A DNA stretch of 64,000 nt, from contig NGBS01000600.1 of NCBI GenBank assembly GCA_002245135.1, positions 62,001 to 126,000 on the forward strand, written 5' to 3'. A program made the position numbers and the translations under genes. Numbering within the stretch: position 1 is the stretch's first letter; every line of letters begins with the position of its first letter. This DNA comes from Proteromonas lacertae. Lineage: Eukaryota. Below the pieces are notes generated by a model. The model saw only the letters and a program-made list of their open reading frames with translations, made no database searches and was not told where the DNA came from. Positions 14,201 to 29,200 of this stretch are shown one piece after another.

Positions 14201-17200
14201 TATCCAGTGAAATGTATGTCAAAACCACATATTATTCCATATGTCAATATTGTGGTTGAAGATGTGAAATTAATACCTGATATTTCAACTTGTAATATTT
14301 CTTCATCTTTATCATTATTGTTTAGTAAAGTTCCTTATAACCATGGTAGTACTATTCAACACTATTTAATAGAATATACATCAACGGAATATGATTTACA
14401 TAATCCAATGAAAATGACATTAGATTTAAGTAAATGTAATGGTAAAGAAGTTGCTTATCAATTTGTTGTTGATGGTAAATACAATTCAACTTACATTACA
14501 AGTGTTTTACCAGATTATGAATTGAAAGAATTCTTAAATGGAGTTAAAGGAATTCATAATTCAAGTGTAACATTAAATAATAATAATAATATTTATACAA
14601 TTGAAATATATAATAATGTAAGTGTCAGTATTAATACAAGTTGTGAATGTATAACTGACAAAGATTTGAAAGTAGTAGAAGATTATGAAGAAGGTGAAGA
14701 TTATCATTATGAAATAGTTGAAGCTGTTGATAATCAAACAAATTATCACTTAACATTATTAAATCTAAATACATCTAATAATTATTCATTCTTTATATCA
14801 GCTTATAATGAAATGGGTTATGGAAAACCTCAAATCGGTGTTCCAGAAAAATTCCCACCACCAACTGTACAACCAGATCCACCTATCTCTGTAACAGCTA
14901 GAAATTTAATAGAAAATGGAACAATAGAAGTTAAATGGATTGCTCCATTATGTGATGGTGGTTCAAGAGTTTTCCAATATAGAATGAACATATATTCAAC
15001 AAAAGAAGAAAATCATATAAACTACGATTTATTAGTGGAAAATGTATGTGATGATAATCATGATGAATGTAAATATTTAATCAACGATTTAGAGTTAGGA
15101 GTTGAATATTTAATAACTGTTTATTCGTGGAATAGTGTTGATATTTCTAAAACAGGTACTTCTATTAAAGAATTAATTACACCATACAAAATACCAGATA
15201 GAATCAAATCTTTATCAAGCCAACCATTAGAAAACGGATCTGTTTTAATAGAATTTGAACAAGGATTTAATGGTGGTTTGGATATTAAGTATTATGAAAT
15301 TGAATATGATATAATGGATAATTTTATCATTTATCTCCAGAAAGAACATTTATACATCAGTTATACAATTCATATTATTTTGATACTGATAGTAGTGCAA
15401 AATATCTAATATTTACTTGTGAAGGTCATACAACTCTTCCCATAGAAGTTGCTGATAGATATAAAATGATTAAAGAATTAGAAAGTTATGATTTTATAGG
15501 TAATGTTGATTTTTATTTTTATACAAATCCTATTACACCAGAACAGTTTAATTATGTAATTAAATTCTTATCTGGTACTTGTGATGAATTTAATGTAACA
15601 TCATCTCATACTAATTTACCTAATATAAAACAATTAACAAAGAGATATGAAGGTTTGAGTTATCAAACTATCGATATTATTGGTGGATGTAATTTTACAT
15701 TGCATTATCATGAAAGATTTACAAATGAAATGAACGAATATACTTCATCAGAAGAAATGAAGAAAGAAATGGAAAATAACTTACCAGATATTGGATTAGT
15801 TCATATTGTTAAGAATAAAACCGAGAATTCAACACAATTTACTATTTATTACTTATCATATGTTAATATTACTTATGATTTGAAAATATCAGATAGAACA
15901 TGTGATAGAATAAAAATAAGTGAAGTTGAAGTTGGAGAATATGCTGGTTATAATAGAAATGATACTTTATTTAAACATAAAATATATATTCCAGCGAATA
16001 GTGGTAATACAAAAATTCAATACATATTAAATGATTTAATTCCAAATGTTCCATATTATATTAAGATAAGAGTAACAAATCAAGAAGATAAATACAATGA
16101 AGAATATTACAGTTTAGAACAGTATTGTAATCCATTATTAACCTATTCAATTGAACCAATCAAATCTCCAGAATCACTCAAAGTGAAAGTATTAAATGAT
16201 AGAACAGTTGAATTATCATGGTTATCTCCATTTGAAGTAGAAAAACAAAAAGTTGATAGTTATAAAATTGATTATGATAGTAAAATAGATTTCTTAGTTA
16301 ATCCAAAGAGTGTTGTCATTCCAATTCAAAGTGAAATTCAAAGAATTACTATTTCAAGTTCTGGTAATGATGTGAATGGTGTTTTTAGAATTTATTATAT
16401 GAATAAATATGTCACTAAAGATTTGCAATTTAATTGTACAGTTGAAGAGATGAAAGAAGCTTTAGAAGACATTTCAGTTCCAGTAAAAGACATAAAATTG
16501 ACAGAATTAGTATATTCTACAATTCCACCAATTACATACTTTGGATTTGTTTATGATATTGAATTTATTGAATCAAGATTTGAATATTCAATGTTACAAG
16601 TCTCAACTCATGTTGGTGTATTTAACAATATATCTTATGGTGGAGAATTAGGTGGAAATTTAGTGAATGTAAGAATTGAAAGAATTCAAAAAGGTGGTTT
16701 ATATACAAAAGCAGTAATCAAACATTTAAATCCAAAATATACATATTACTTCAGAATATCCAGTCATAGTTCAATTACTCCATCTGTCTATAGTGTTCCA
16801 ACATTATATCCATCTGCGGTTAAGATAGAAAAAAGAGAACCATCAAAACCAGAAAATGTTTATATTTATTCATTCAATGTTGGTGAAATAGTAGTGTATT
16901 GGAATAAACCAACTTATAATGGTGGTTCTATAATCACTCACTATGATATTGAAATATCTGAAACTTCAACATTTGAAAATACTACATTAAAAGAATATAG
17001 TGTTAAAAATGAAAATCAAAAATTCTATGTTTATAATATCACTGGTTTAGAAGTTGGTAAACAATATTATGTTAGAGTTTTAGCTTATAATTCTGTTGGT
17101 TATAGTGATCCAAGTGATGCAGTTGTTTTAACAAATGGATTGAATTGCGTATTATTAATTCTATCAGAAAATGATATAGAAACAATTAAGAAAGAATTGG

Positions 17201-20200
17201 AAATTGAATATGAGAATTATATAATACAAAAATACAAAAATCCATTAAATGTTTCATCAGAATTAATATATTTCTACTATTCAAGTGTTGAATGTAAAAA
17301 TCAATTTACAAGAAATGGTGAAAAAGTAGTTGCTGAATTTAATAGAATTGGTGATAAATACATAAAATTAGATTCAGTTACAATGTATCAAGATTCCCCT
17401 AGTAATATAACTTATTACTTAGTTAATAGTACAAGCTTAGGTTTGAAATGGAATAAGCCATTCTATAGTAGAAATATAAGTGGATATTATCTGGAATATG
17501 ATAATGTTTATTCCTTCAATAGTGAAGACAATTATAATGTGGAGATTATAAATGGTGAAGATGTAGATAATTATCAAATATTCAATCTGAATGGAAGTTT
17601 ATCTTATTATATTCGATTAAGAAGTTATACAATGAATAATGATAGTAATGTTGTAGTATTTGGTTCTCCAATATTAATTGAGATTGATCCAATACAACCA
17701 ATCAATCAAAAACCATACAAAATCAGAGATTCAATTCATTTATCCAATGAAACAGATCCTCATATAATTGAAGTAAAATGGTCAAGCCAAATATATAATC
17801 AAGATGGTTTCTTAACAGTAAATGGTGGAGAAAAACTATTAGCTTATAAATTAGATTGGTGTGAAGAAAAGGATCCATCAAATAATGAATGTAAATATAT
17901 CAACGGAACATATAATTATATTGTAAGTGAAGATGATAATGAATGTATAGATAACTGTACTGTTTACCTTGGAAAAGATGTAGTTGGAATAATTGTTAAT
18001 AACACTGAAGATCCATTTGTTATAAGTTATAATAATAATGAATCAATGTTAATTGATGTATTTGATGATCAGTTTAGTTTTGACAATTTGACTGATGATT
18101 TAAGAGGAAAAGTGTTTTGTGATGATTTTGATTTAAGATATGTATTATTACCTAACAAAACACTCATTTTACATATAATGAATTGTCCACTTAACTTTAC
18201 ACTATTAGAAGTAAATGCGACTGAAGTTGATATTAGAGATTTAATAAATTATTATTCAGTTACACCTGGTGTGTTATTCTATGAACAAATTACACCAATC
18301 AATATACTAGGTTATGGAGAAGCAGTTATATCAAATGATTCTATTGCTGTAGCTGCACAATATGATAAACCAACACCACCACTGAATGTAATGATTTATC
18401 CAAATGCCACTGATAAGACATGTATGAATATAATATGGGAAAAACCATTAAGTAATGATGGAACTCCAATTTTAAATTATACAGTTTATATTTCATCAGA
18501 AGAAGATGAAGGAGATGCTGAAAATAGAACTTATTCAGTTGAGGAATTATTCTATGATAATGAAACTGAAATATTTAATGTTTCATTATGTGATTTAACA
18601 CCAGGTGTAGAATACAATTTCACTGTAACTGCAAATAATGGTAAAGAATCTGATGAATCTGAAATAGCAATACCAAAATGTTATGATGATTATCCTTATT
18701 GTAAAGAATTATCAATTCCTAGACAATTCCCTCAAAATGTTGATGAATATACAGTTGGTAGTATTAATAATACAATGGTATATTTCAATGATCAAGAATT
18801 TGTGATTAGTTTTAATTATTTACATAATGAAAGTGGTGTAGATTTTGATATAATTCAAATTGATTATGATGAATCTGAATATTTCAATTCTTCTTCATTC
18901 AATACTGTGAATGTAACTGATGTTAGTGGAGATGATGATAATTATTTGTATCAAGTTTACATTAGAGATTTTACAGCTGGAAAATATATTTACACTAGAA
19001 TTAGAGTAATTAACAGTATTGGTATAACTGAATGGATAAATTCAACAGTTAGTAATAATACAAATACACAATTGATCAGTTATTCAGATCCACCATCATT
19101 TATATTGACAAATGTATTTGATGGTTATTATAAAGATCAAAGTGAATCAATTGATGTAAAAATTTATCCACCATTAGAGACAAGATTTAGTAATGTTATT
19201 GGATATGAAGTTGATTATTCAATTACACCATTTGATAATTATAAAAATAGAATTGATCATGTAAAAATAAACGGTAATTGTATTTATAGATTTAATATAA
19301 CCAATACAAATACATCCTATTTAAGTGCAATATTAAATGAAACATCAACAATTGAATATACTCGAATATCTTTGATGAATTTGGGTGTGATTGGAGATAT
19401 ACTAGTTTTGGGAAACTCTAGTGATTATCTTATTGAATATTATCATGTAGTTGATGATTTGAATATATCTATTGAAGCAATAAGTTGCGCTACATCTCCT
19501 ACAATAGAAACAATTCAACCACAAACAGAAGTGAATTATACAATCGAATATTTCTATACAAACTCCAGTCAAGCTTTCAGTTACAGAGTTAAGAATTTAA
19601 CAGCTGAAGTTCCTTATCAATTCAGAGTAGCAACAATTAGTGAATTTGGTTTAGGAAAATACACAAAACCTCAGACAATTCACACATACCATCGACCACC
19701 ACATGAAGTAGAAAATCCACAAATATATTATGTGAATCAAACATGTTTGTTAGTAATGTTTGACAAACCAAACTACTATGGTGATGAAGAAACTGAAGAA
19801 TTATCATATTATATTGAATGGAGTCACAACTGGAATTTCATTGATGATGTAGATCCATATGAATATCATAAACCAACATATCTTACAACTAATTCTACTT
19901 ATATTTACATAACTAATTTAACTGCTAATTCAAAGTATTATATTCGAATTGCAGCTCAGAATAGTAAAGGAAGAGGAAATGTGACATTACCAAATCCAGA
20001 GTTTGTTGAATTATACAATTATACATCCAAACCATTAGATTTCAGTTATATATCTTCTACAGCTTGGAGTGTCGAGTTGAATTGGACAAAACCAAGTTAT
20101 TCTATTGGATTAAATCATTATAGATTAGAATATTATCCAATTATAAGAAATGTACCAATTCCTTATGGAACATTTAGGCAAATACAATTAGATATTGAAA

Positions 20201-23200
20201 GTGATTATTGGAATTTGACAGTTTGTAATTATACAACATATCCATTAAGAATGAATATTTCTGCTTTTGAATTGAAAGATGCTTTACATGTATTACCATC
20301 AATTGTTGATTTAGATGTAATTCCAAATGAAAATAAGAGTAAAAGTTACATTGTTATTTTACATGATGATTATGTAAATGATACAAGTGATATTAGTGGA
20401 AGTGGCGTAGAAATTACATTAAATATAAGTGGAGATGAACCACCGAATTATAAGATAGAATATACCAACATTTCAGAATCAGAAAATGATATTCATAACC
20501 ATTTAATGGAAGAGTTAATACCTGGACAAGATTATATAACATATATGAGAGGATATAATCGATATGGATATGGTGATAGAAATGAAGACTTTATTGTTAT
20601 TCCTGCAGTTGTTCCTGATTCACCAAGTGTTGAAGTAGATGTAATAGATTCAACAAGAGCTGAAATACAGTTTAATATTAGTAAATTCAATGGTGGTTCT
20701 ATAATAACTAATTTTGATATGTATTATATTGATGGTGTAAATAAAGAAGGTAATTTTAATGAAAAAGTGACAAATGGTACAAAATATTCAATTTTGATTG
20801 ATGCTTCTTATGAATCAATTCAAAATAGTTTTTACATTTATTATGGTAAGAATAATAAAGGAATTTACAATTTAACCAAACCAATATGTACTGCTTGTAT
20901 TTATGGTAATAAATATGATGATTATTTCACAATGAATATTACTGATAATATTAAATTATATGCAACTGAATATATTCATATAAATGGTAAAGAATATAGA
21001 ATTTGTGATTATTTAGCTCATAATGGATCAAATCCAATAGATAGTGATAATAAGAGAATATACGTTTGTGATATAAATAATACAACAAAACCTTATAATT
21101 TAACAGAATTTGATGAAATAAAAGCTGGTTATATAGTAAGAGTAAGTACATTTGTTGGTACAGTTTCATTAGACTTAGATGATAAATCATTAGTGAAAGA
21201 TTTAAATATAAATCCAAACATTTCATTAGTAATAGGTGATTATATAAGTATTGGAGATCCAGTGGATGAATCAGCTACATTCAGAATATCAGATATTGAT
21301 TTTGAAAACTCTACTTCATTTGTGTTAGGCTTGCCAGATAACTATACAGTCAAAGCGTATAGTAATTTAGATTCAAATAGATTTAATAATGTTTATCCAA
21401 TATATTTAAAACCAAGATCTATTCCAATTGAATATAAGAAGAGAATAACAGATAGAGAAATTCAAATGATATTACAAGATTTTGATCAAATTAGATATGT
21501 AAAAATAGCACAAGAAAAATACAATAATGGTAAAAGAATCGATATAGAATTAATCAATATAATTGGAGAAGGATATGAACCATTATACGTTAATACTCAT
21601 TATTTATTATGTATGAATAAATATCCAATTACTAGTTCAGTTATTCCAACAGTTTCAATCTTATTGGAGGATTTAACACCTTATTCTATTCTCAATATTT
21701 CATTATCATTATGTAATAGAATTGGATGTAGTATTCCAACAATAGAAAGTAGAGAATTGACAGATCAAGCTCCACGTTTGAATGAACCAATATTAATCCG
21801 ACAAATTGCAGATAAAAATGCAAAAGCTGAGTTTAACTCAGTGAAATATACAGGTGGTAAAAACATAACAAATTATTACATCGAATGTTCAACTAATAGT
21901 CAATATGTTAGTAGTAAATCATCAGTAATAAAACCAGAAAATACACATTATACAACACATATTGATTCATTAACAATTAGTTGGAATAAATACAATCAAA
22001 TTGATGAAAGTAGTACATTCCTATTAGAATTTGAAAAGCAATTTACTCAGCCAATTCCATTCAATACTTATAGTTCATTATTGAAAGAAAGATTAGAAGA
22101 ATTATCAATAATTGAAGAAGTTTCTGTTGAGAAAGTGACATTATTGAATGAAATTGGTTTTACTTGGCTAATTACTTATGAAAAGATGAATTTTGGAACA
22201 GATATTGAAGGCAAATTAATTCCACACAATTTAGGCTTATTAATGAATGAAAAACAAATAGAAGAACCAATCTTAAAAGTCAGTTCAATTCCAATTAGAA
22301 AAGGTGTATTAGAATATGATTTTGATTTCCAAATTAACAGTCTAAATACTGAATTATATTGTCGTTTACTAGCTGAAAATGAAATAGGAAATAGTACTGA
22401 GATTAATGGAATGTTTACACCTCTTCCAGCCAATGAGATTATCATCCATACCTCAGCACCAGAAGTTTATAAGATTGATAATAATTATAAGAATTCAATT
22501 TATGTTGAATTTAATCCATCAGTTTATGTATCTTTACCATTAATTGAATATGTATTTGATATTGATTATACACCAAGTTATAATATATTATGTAATGATG
22601 AAAATAATTGTTATCCTGAGAATAGAATTCCATTTAGACAATATCATCGTCAAATCTCTAAACCAGATCCAAAGATACGTAAAAATGCTTTAGGTTTATA
22701 CTGTACTACATTAGAGAATCTTATTCCTGGTTTTACTTATTATATTCGATTATATGCTGTATGTGGAAGTAATAATATTAGAATCAATGGTTATTCAACA
22801 CTATTCAATCCAATCAAACCTTATACAAACCCAACTCCAATTACTTCTGCTTTAATTCATCCTTACAGTAATTATCAAATGTTAGTTGATGTTACAATTC
22901 CAGATCAAGACAGAGTATGGGGAAGTAATGGATTACCTGAAGATTCAGTTTATTTGGAATTTGAAGCAAAAGTTACTGAAATTCAACAATATGTTATTCC
23001 TTCTGATGATTTTGGTTATTATTATAAACTTGAATTTAATGGTAAAAGAACTCAATGTATTTTAGCCACTTATAACAAACCTGAAATAATTGAAAATGAA
23101 TTGACATTATTAACAACACTAGATTCAGTGAAAGTTACATCTATTCCCAATGGTTATAGTATTGAGTTTATAGGTTCAAGTCAAAGTAATGATAATGTTG

Positions 23201-26200
23201 ATCCAATTATAATAACAGGGAGAAGGATGTGAAGATGCAATAATTGTTCCAATTGAAATTAATACTATAAGAGAAGGTGTAGCTGGAGCTGAACCTCCAA
23301 TAATTTCATTTACTAATTCAAATGAGAATATAACAATGTTGAATGAAAATGGAAGAATATTACAAAGTAGTGATAATAATGGTGATGGATATGAAACATT
23401 CCAAATAGGTGTGAATATTGTTGGCAATTTCAGAGAAAGTAAAATCATTGTAAATGGTTATCAGAAAGATAATATTTTATACTTAAAAGATATAAATAAT
23501 AGCAAATTATTCTTAAATGAAACAGTAAAGGTATATGATGAAGTTTATAAGATTATTGATATAGTTAATGAAACAATAATCTATTTAGATGATTATTTAT
23601 TCAGAGATATTATTGATTATCCTATTCATAGAAGAGCCAATTTAATTGGTAAAGTAAAGAGTTGTGAAAATGGAAAATTAACAGTTGATGAAACTGATAT
23701 ATTACCTGATTTTAGTGTAGATTATAAGTTGCATCTAGATGGTAAAATGTATGAACAAATCAATGAAAAATATCATATTCAAACTTGTCCAGAAGTTTAT
23801 GTTGATGGTTTGTTATATATAAAACAATTCACTCCAAATATTAGTGTTGGTGCAACAGCAGAAGAAATGAAAATTGCCTTAGAAAGTGTAGAAGGTGTAG
23901 ATACAGTAGACATTACAAGATATGGACCAGATCAAGACAATCATTACATTTGGTATGTCACATTTGTATCATTCCTTGGTCCAATGACAAATGAAGAAAT
24001 TGAAACACAAAGTAAATATGAAGTTGTATCAATGAAGCATCAATTAGTTCGAAGTGGAAAACCTCCATTAAGTTATCCAAATCATGTTAGATTACAGTCA
24101 AAAGTAGATGAAATTCAGATCATTAGTATTGTTTCTACAACAGCTGATAAATATCATGGTTTTATTACATTTAGTTATGATGGTTTGAGTTTCGATTTTG
24201 ATATTAAATCATCAGTGAATGAATTGAGATCATTATTAGAGAAATTGAATTCAACTGGTTATTTGAATATAACAGGTCCATCCACAATTCAAACAGAAAC
24301 ATTAGTTGGTGAAGAATATACTATTTATTACAATACCGAATTAGGAGATATTCCAAATCTCAAATGTAAAGGCAATGATAATGTAAACTGTACAATCACA
24401 GAACAATTGATAGGTCAATTGCCACAAGCAACTTATGTATTAGATGGTGATTATATAGGTCAAACATTCTCCTTAAAAGGATCAATAATTAGTACAAATG
24501 GTAATAGTAGTAGAGATACAAGTGAAATTCAGAATTATGGTGTTGGATTTAGAAGAGTTCAAAGTGTAGTTGGTAGTAAGCCACCAGTTCCAATATTAAA
24601 GGAATCAATCATTAGAGGTGATACAGAAATTGAATTGTATTTTGATCCAAATAATAAAGAAGGTTTACCTGTTGATGATTATTTAATTGAATGGTTTAAA
24701 GAACCTTCTGAATCTTTCAAACATCCGACTTATAGAATTGAATTGATTACTACATCAGTTGAACATGCTGGTGAATATCCAAGAGGTTCTGTGAGATTAC
24801 AATATAATAATGAAGAATTGAGTTATCCATTACTAGTAAGTAGTGATATTGAAGATATAACAAGAAGTATCACTAATTTACCATCAGTTCGTGATGTTGT
24901 AGTAACAACAGAAAAGACAGAAAATACTTATATTTGGACAATTACATTTATATATGATGATGCAAGTACAATAAGAGATTTAGATGTGATAATACCTGAT
25001 ATTTATGATGTAAAAGCAAATATTACTTTTACAAATGGTGATTATTATTCTTTATACAGTAATTCATCAATTGTAGCTTCAACTGATAGTTGTGAAGTAT
25101 TTAGTGATAATATAAAAGAACAAACAATTTGTCACAATACACCATCCATTCAGAGTCTAATAATAGAAAATTTCGATGAAGAAATTGGTTTTGACAGAAA
25201 TGAAACATTCAACTTATACTTAAACAATACTGAGATAAAAGACATTTCAATCTTTATAACAGCTTATGAATTAGAACAAAAGATTAAATCAAATCTATTA
25301 ATTGATTGTAATGTGAATAGAAATGTATATGGAAGTAATTTGGTATTTGATTTTACATTCTCTAATGGATTAAGATTGAATAGAATAACAACAACTTCAC
25401 AACATTTGTCAACTTATATTAATGTTTATAGACCAATTATATTAGTAATAAATGCAGTAACGGCTATTAATGGAACAGTTGATATTCAAATTGGTAATAG
25501 TGTAGTTGAATTAGAATATGATAATATGATTTATAAAGAGAATTCAACTGAATCATCCAGGTATATTGAAGAGAAATTAACCAATTTACCTATTGTAGGA
25601 AAAGTAAAAGTATTTATATCTCATCCACAGATAAAATTAGAAGGTATTTACAGATTAAATATAGAAAATGGACAGTTTATATTAACCTATGGTAGTTCAA
25701 CAATGAATGCAAGAGTTGGTACAATATTATCAATTTATGGTGTTGAATATAAAATAGAAAATATCAATACAGAAAGTCATCAAGTTTTGTTAAAATCAAC
25801 CAATAATACAGGTCAATTTGTTATTCCACCAGAAGGATTATACGTTCATCCATTGGCTAATTCAAATTATGGTACAAAAATAGAATTCTTATTTATGACA
25901 TTTGATTTTAGTTTAGAACATTTCATTATTGTTCCACACTTGAAAGCAATTGGTTTAACAGTAGAAATAAGAAAATCACAATCAATTCCATTACAATCAT
26001 TCTTATTGGGTAATAAATTGAGAAGAGAATTGTTGGTAGTTAGAAATAATAAGAATGATAAGAATGGTTATTATGTTAAAGTAAATTATAAAGATATTAC
26101 AACCAATAATACAAGTATAGAGAAATGTATAAAGATTAATGATTATAATGAAATTGTCAAATCATTTGAAGAATTGAATTATGTAAGAGTTTATAATGTT

Positions 26201-29200
26201 TCAAATGTTCCAAATGTTTATGAATATAGATTTATCTATTTAGATTCAAATAATCAACACTTGACAGTAGATGATGATAATAATAAACTATATACAGATT
26301 CAAAATGTACAAAAGAAAGTAGAAGTGATAGTGATAATGAGGTTTATGTTTATGTTGAAAATGAAGGATTTATCAATAATTTGTACAATTCTTATTATCA
26401 TGGAATATTCCCAAATACAAATTATACAATCAGAATATCATCAAAAAATCAATATGGAATAAGCAAACCATATATAAAGAACAATTTAATCAGTTATTCC
26501 TACAAACCAACACCTCCAACATCTTTAACATTATTAAATGTTTATGATTTAACACAATTTGAAGTGATTTATAATACTCCATTATATAGTGGTGATACTG
26601 ATGTTAATAGATATGATATACAATGTGATAATAATGCACAATTTGACTCTTTGAATTTGTTAGAAAAGAGAATAGAAAGATTACCAGAAATACAATTAAT
26701 TCGTACAAATTATGATGAGAATATGAATATAAATATTAGATGGGGTGGAATTAGAGGTGTTATTAATATAAAGGACAGTGAAATAGAAATAGAAAAGACT
26801 TTGAGATTATTAACACAAACTAAGACAAATATTGAAGAACCAATTAAAGTAAAAGTAACAAAAGAAGAAAATGATACTTCAATTACTAATATTGAGATTA
26901 CATTTAATGGTATTTGTGGTCATTTAGGTTTAATTACTGTAGAGAATCAAACAATTGATAGAAATCACTTTATTGAAGTGAGTTACAAACAAATTGGACA
27001 ATGTGATATAGTTCCAGGACAATATACAAAGGAAGTTCAAGCATTATATATTGAAGGAAGTGGAAAAATACAGTTAGTATTTGAAGCACATGTTACTGAA
27101 GAAATAGAAATTAAAGAAAATGGTGATGAAGAGAATAGAAAGAATATTCAAGAAGGATTATTGAAATTAACACAAGTTATACACAATTTACATGTTGAAA
27201 TTAGATATAAGAATGTTTATGCAGTTTATTTCACTCATTTATCACATGAATTAATTCAAGGATATGGTTCATTAACACCAATTTTACTATATAAAGAAGT
27301 AAGTGGAATAAGATTCTTCAATGATAAGATGATTTATGGAACAATTCCTTACACAATTACACTTGATAATTTAGAATACAGCACATATTATTGTCATATT
27401 AAAGCCTTTAATTCATTAGGTTTAGTAAGTGATTGGAGTGATATAGCCTCAATTACATTATACCAAAAACCAACAAGTCCATCTTATGTTAGTGTAAATT
27501 ATGGTAGAAATTACAGTTTATTAGTTGATATTGGAGTAAGTAGTAATGATGGAGGATCTAATATTACAAATTATAATATTTTATATTATCACACTGAAGG
27601 TGAATTTTCAGTTCAAAGTATTACTATTACATCTTATCCATTGTTACAATATGGAAAAATGTATAGAGAAAAACAAGTGATTAGAATTAACTTAAATCAA
27701 AATGAAATAGAAGGTAAATATATTGTATTAACATTCAGAAATGAATCAACAAGACCAATCAGTTTAGGTAATGAAAGTATAGATCCAAAAGCTCAACAAC
27801 CATCAATGAGTGAGAATTTATTCTATGGATTATCACACTTGAAAACAATGGGAGGATTAAATGATTCAAGTGTAGATTGTAAATATGATGAAACAAATCA
27901 AATGTATTTATGTGAAATAGAATTCTTATCACTTTTAGAAGATTTACCTTTAATAGAATGTAATGAATCATACGTTTATGTTTACTCAATGAATAATGGT
28001 ATTAGTCCAATTGGTGGTACTTTTAGTATATGTCATGAGGATGGAGAATATGATTGTACAAGAGAATTACCTTACGATGTAACTGCTGAAAAGATGAAAT
28101 ATGAATTAGAATTATTGAAGACAATCAGTGAAGTTGAAATTGATAGAATAAAGAATGGAAATGGTTATACATGGAGAATTACTTTTATTAATGATTATAC
28201 AACACATGAAGCAGTGAATATAAAGACATCTCAATTAACTGGACCAAGATTGAATGTAGAAGTAGAAATAATAAGAAATAATACATGGATATACAATGTA
28301 CATAATGTATTAACTGATGATATAAATAATCCAATCATATTGAGTGATTTAGAACATGAAAGACCATATCATATATTTGTACAATCAACAAATGTATATG
28401 GTAAAAGTAAATTTACAAAAGCATATCCAGATGGTTTAATTCCAAGAGATATTCCATTACCACCAAGTGATGTGAAATTGATTGTATTATCTTCAAAATA
28501 TCTAAAAGTTGTATTTAAACCACCAATTACTGATAATGGCTCACCAATTTTATATTATAGAATAGAATGGAGTATTCATACATTCTCAAGAAAAATGATT
28601 GATGAAAATGTTGGTGATGGAATTAATGAATATATATTTAGAGATTTGAATAGTTTAGATGAAGAAACTGGTTTATATTATTACAATATATTTGTTGGTG
28701 AAGCAAATAGATATAATGTTAGAGTAATTGCAGTTAATTTAGCTGGAGAAAGTGAACCATCGGAAGTAGTATCAGCAACAACAGAAGACTTATCACCAGA
28801 TGCTCCAGTAATAGATTTTGTTGAAGTTTTATCTTATTATAAGATAATTGTACATTGGCATGAAACAGATATGAATTCATTGACATTTAGTGGAAATGGT
28901 GGAAAACCAATAGAATCATTTATATTATATTATGATAGTAATTCATTATTTGAAAGTGCAACCACAATACAAACAAATGGAACAGAGAATGAAGCAAAGA
29001 TTGGAGATTTAACATATGTACCTGGTACAATCAAACCATATCCATTTAATAGTCCATTATTCATTCAAATAAAAGCAAAGAATTCAATAGGATTAAGTCT
29101 AGCTTCAGAACCGCTAATCATTTACTTTAACAATACTCATTTTATACCATCAGCTCCTGAGAATGTTTATGCAGTTCCATCCATTATTCCGCATGCAATT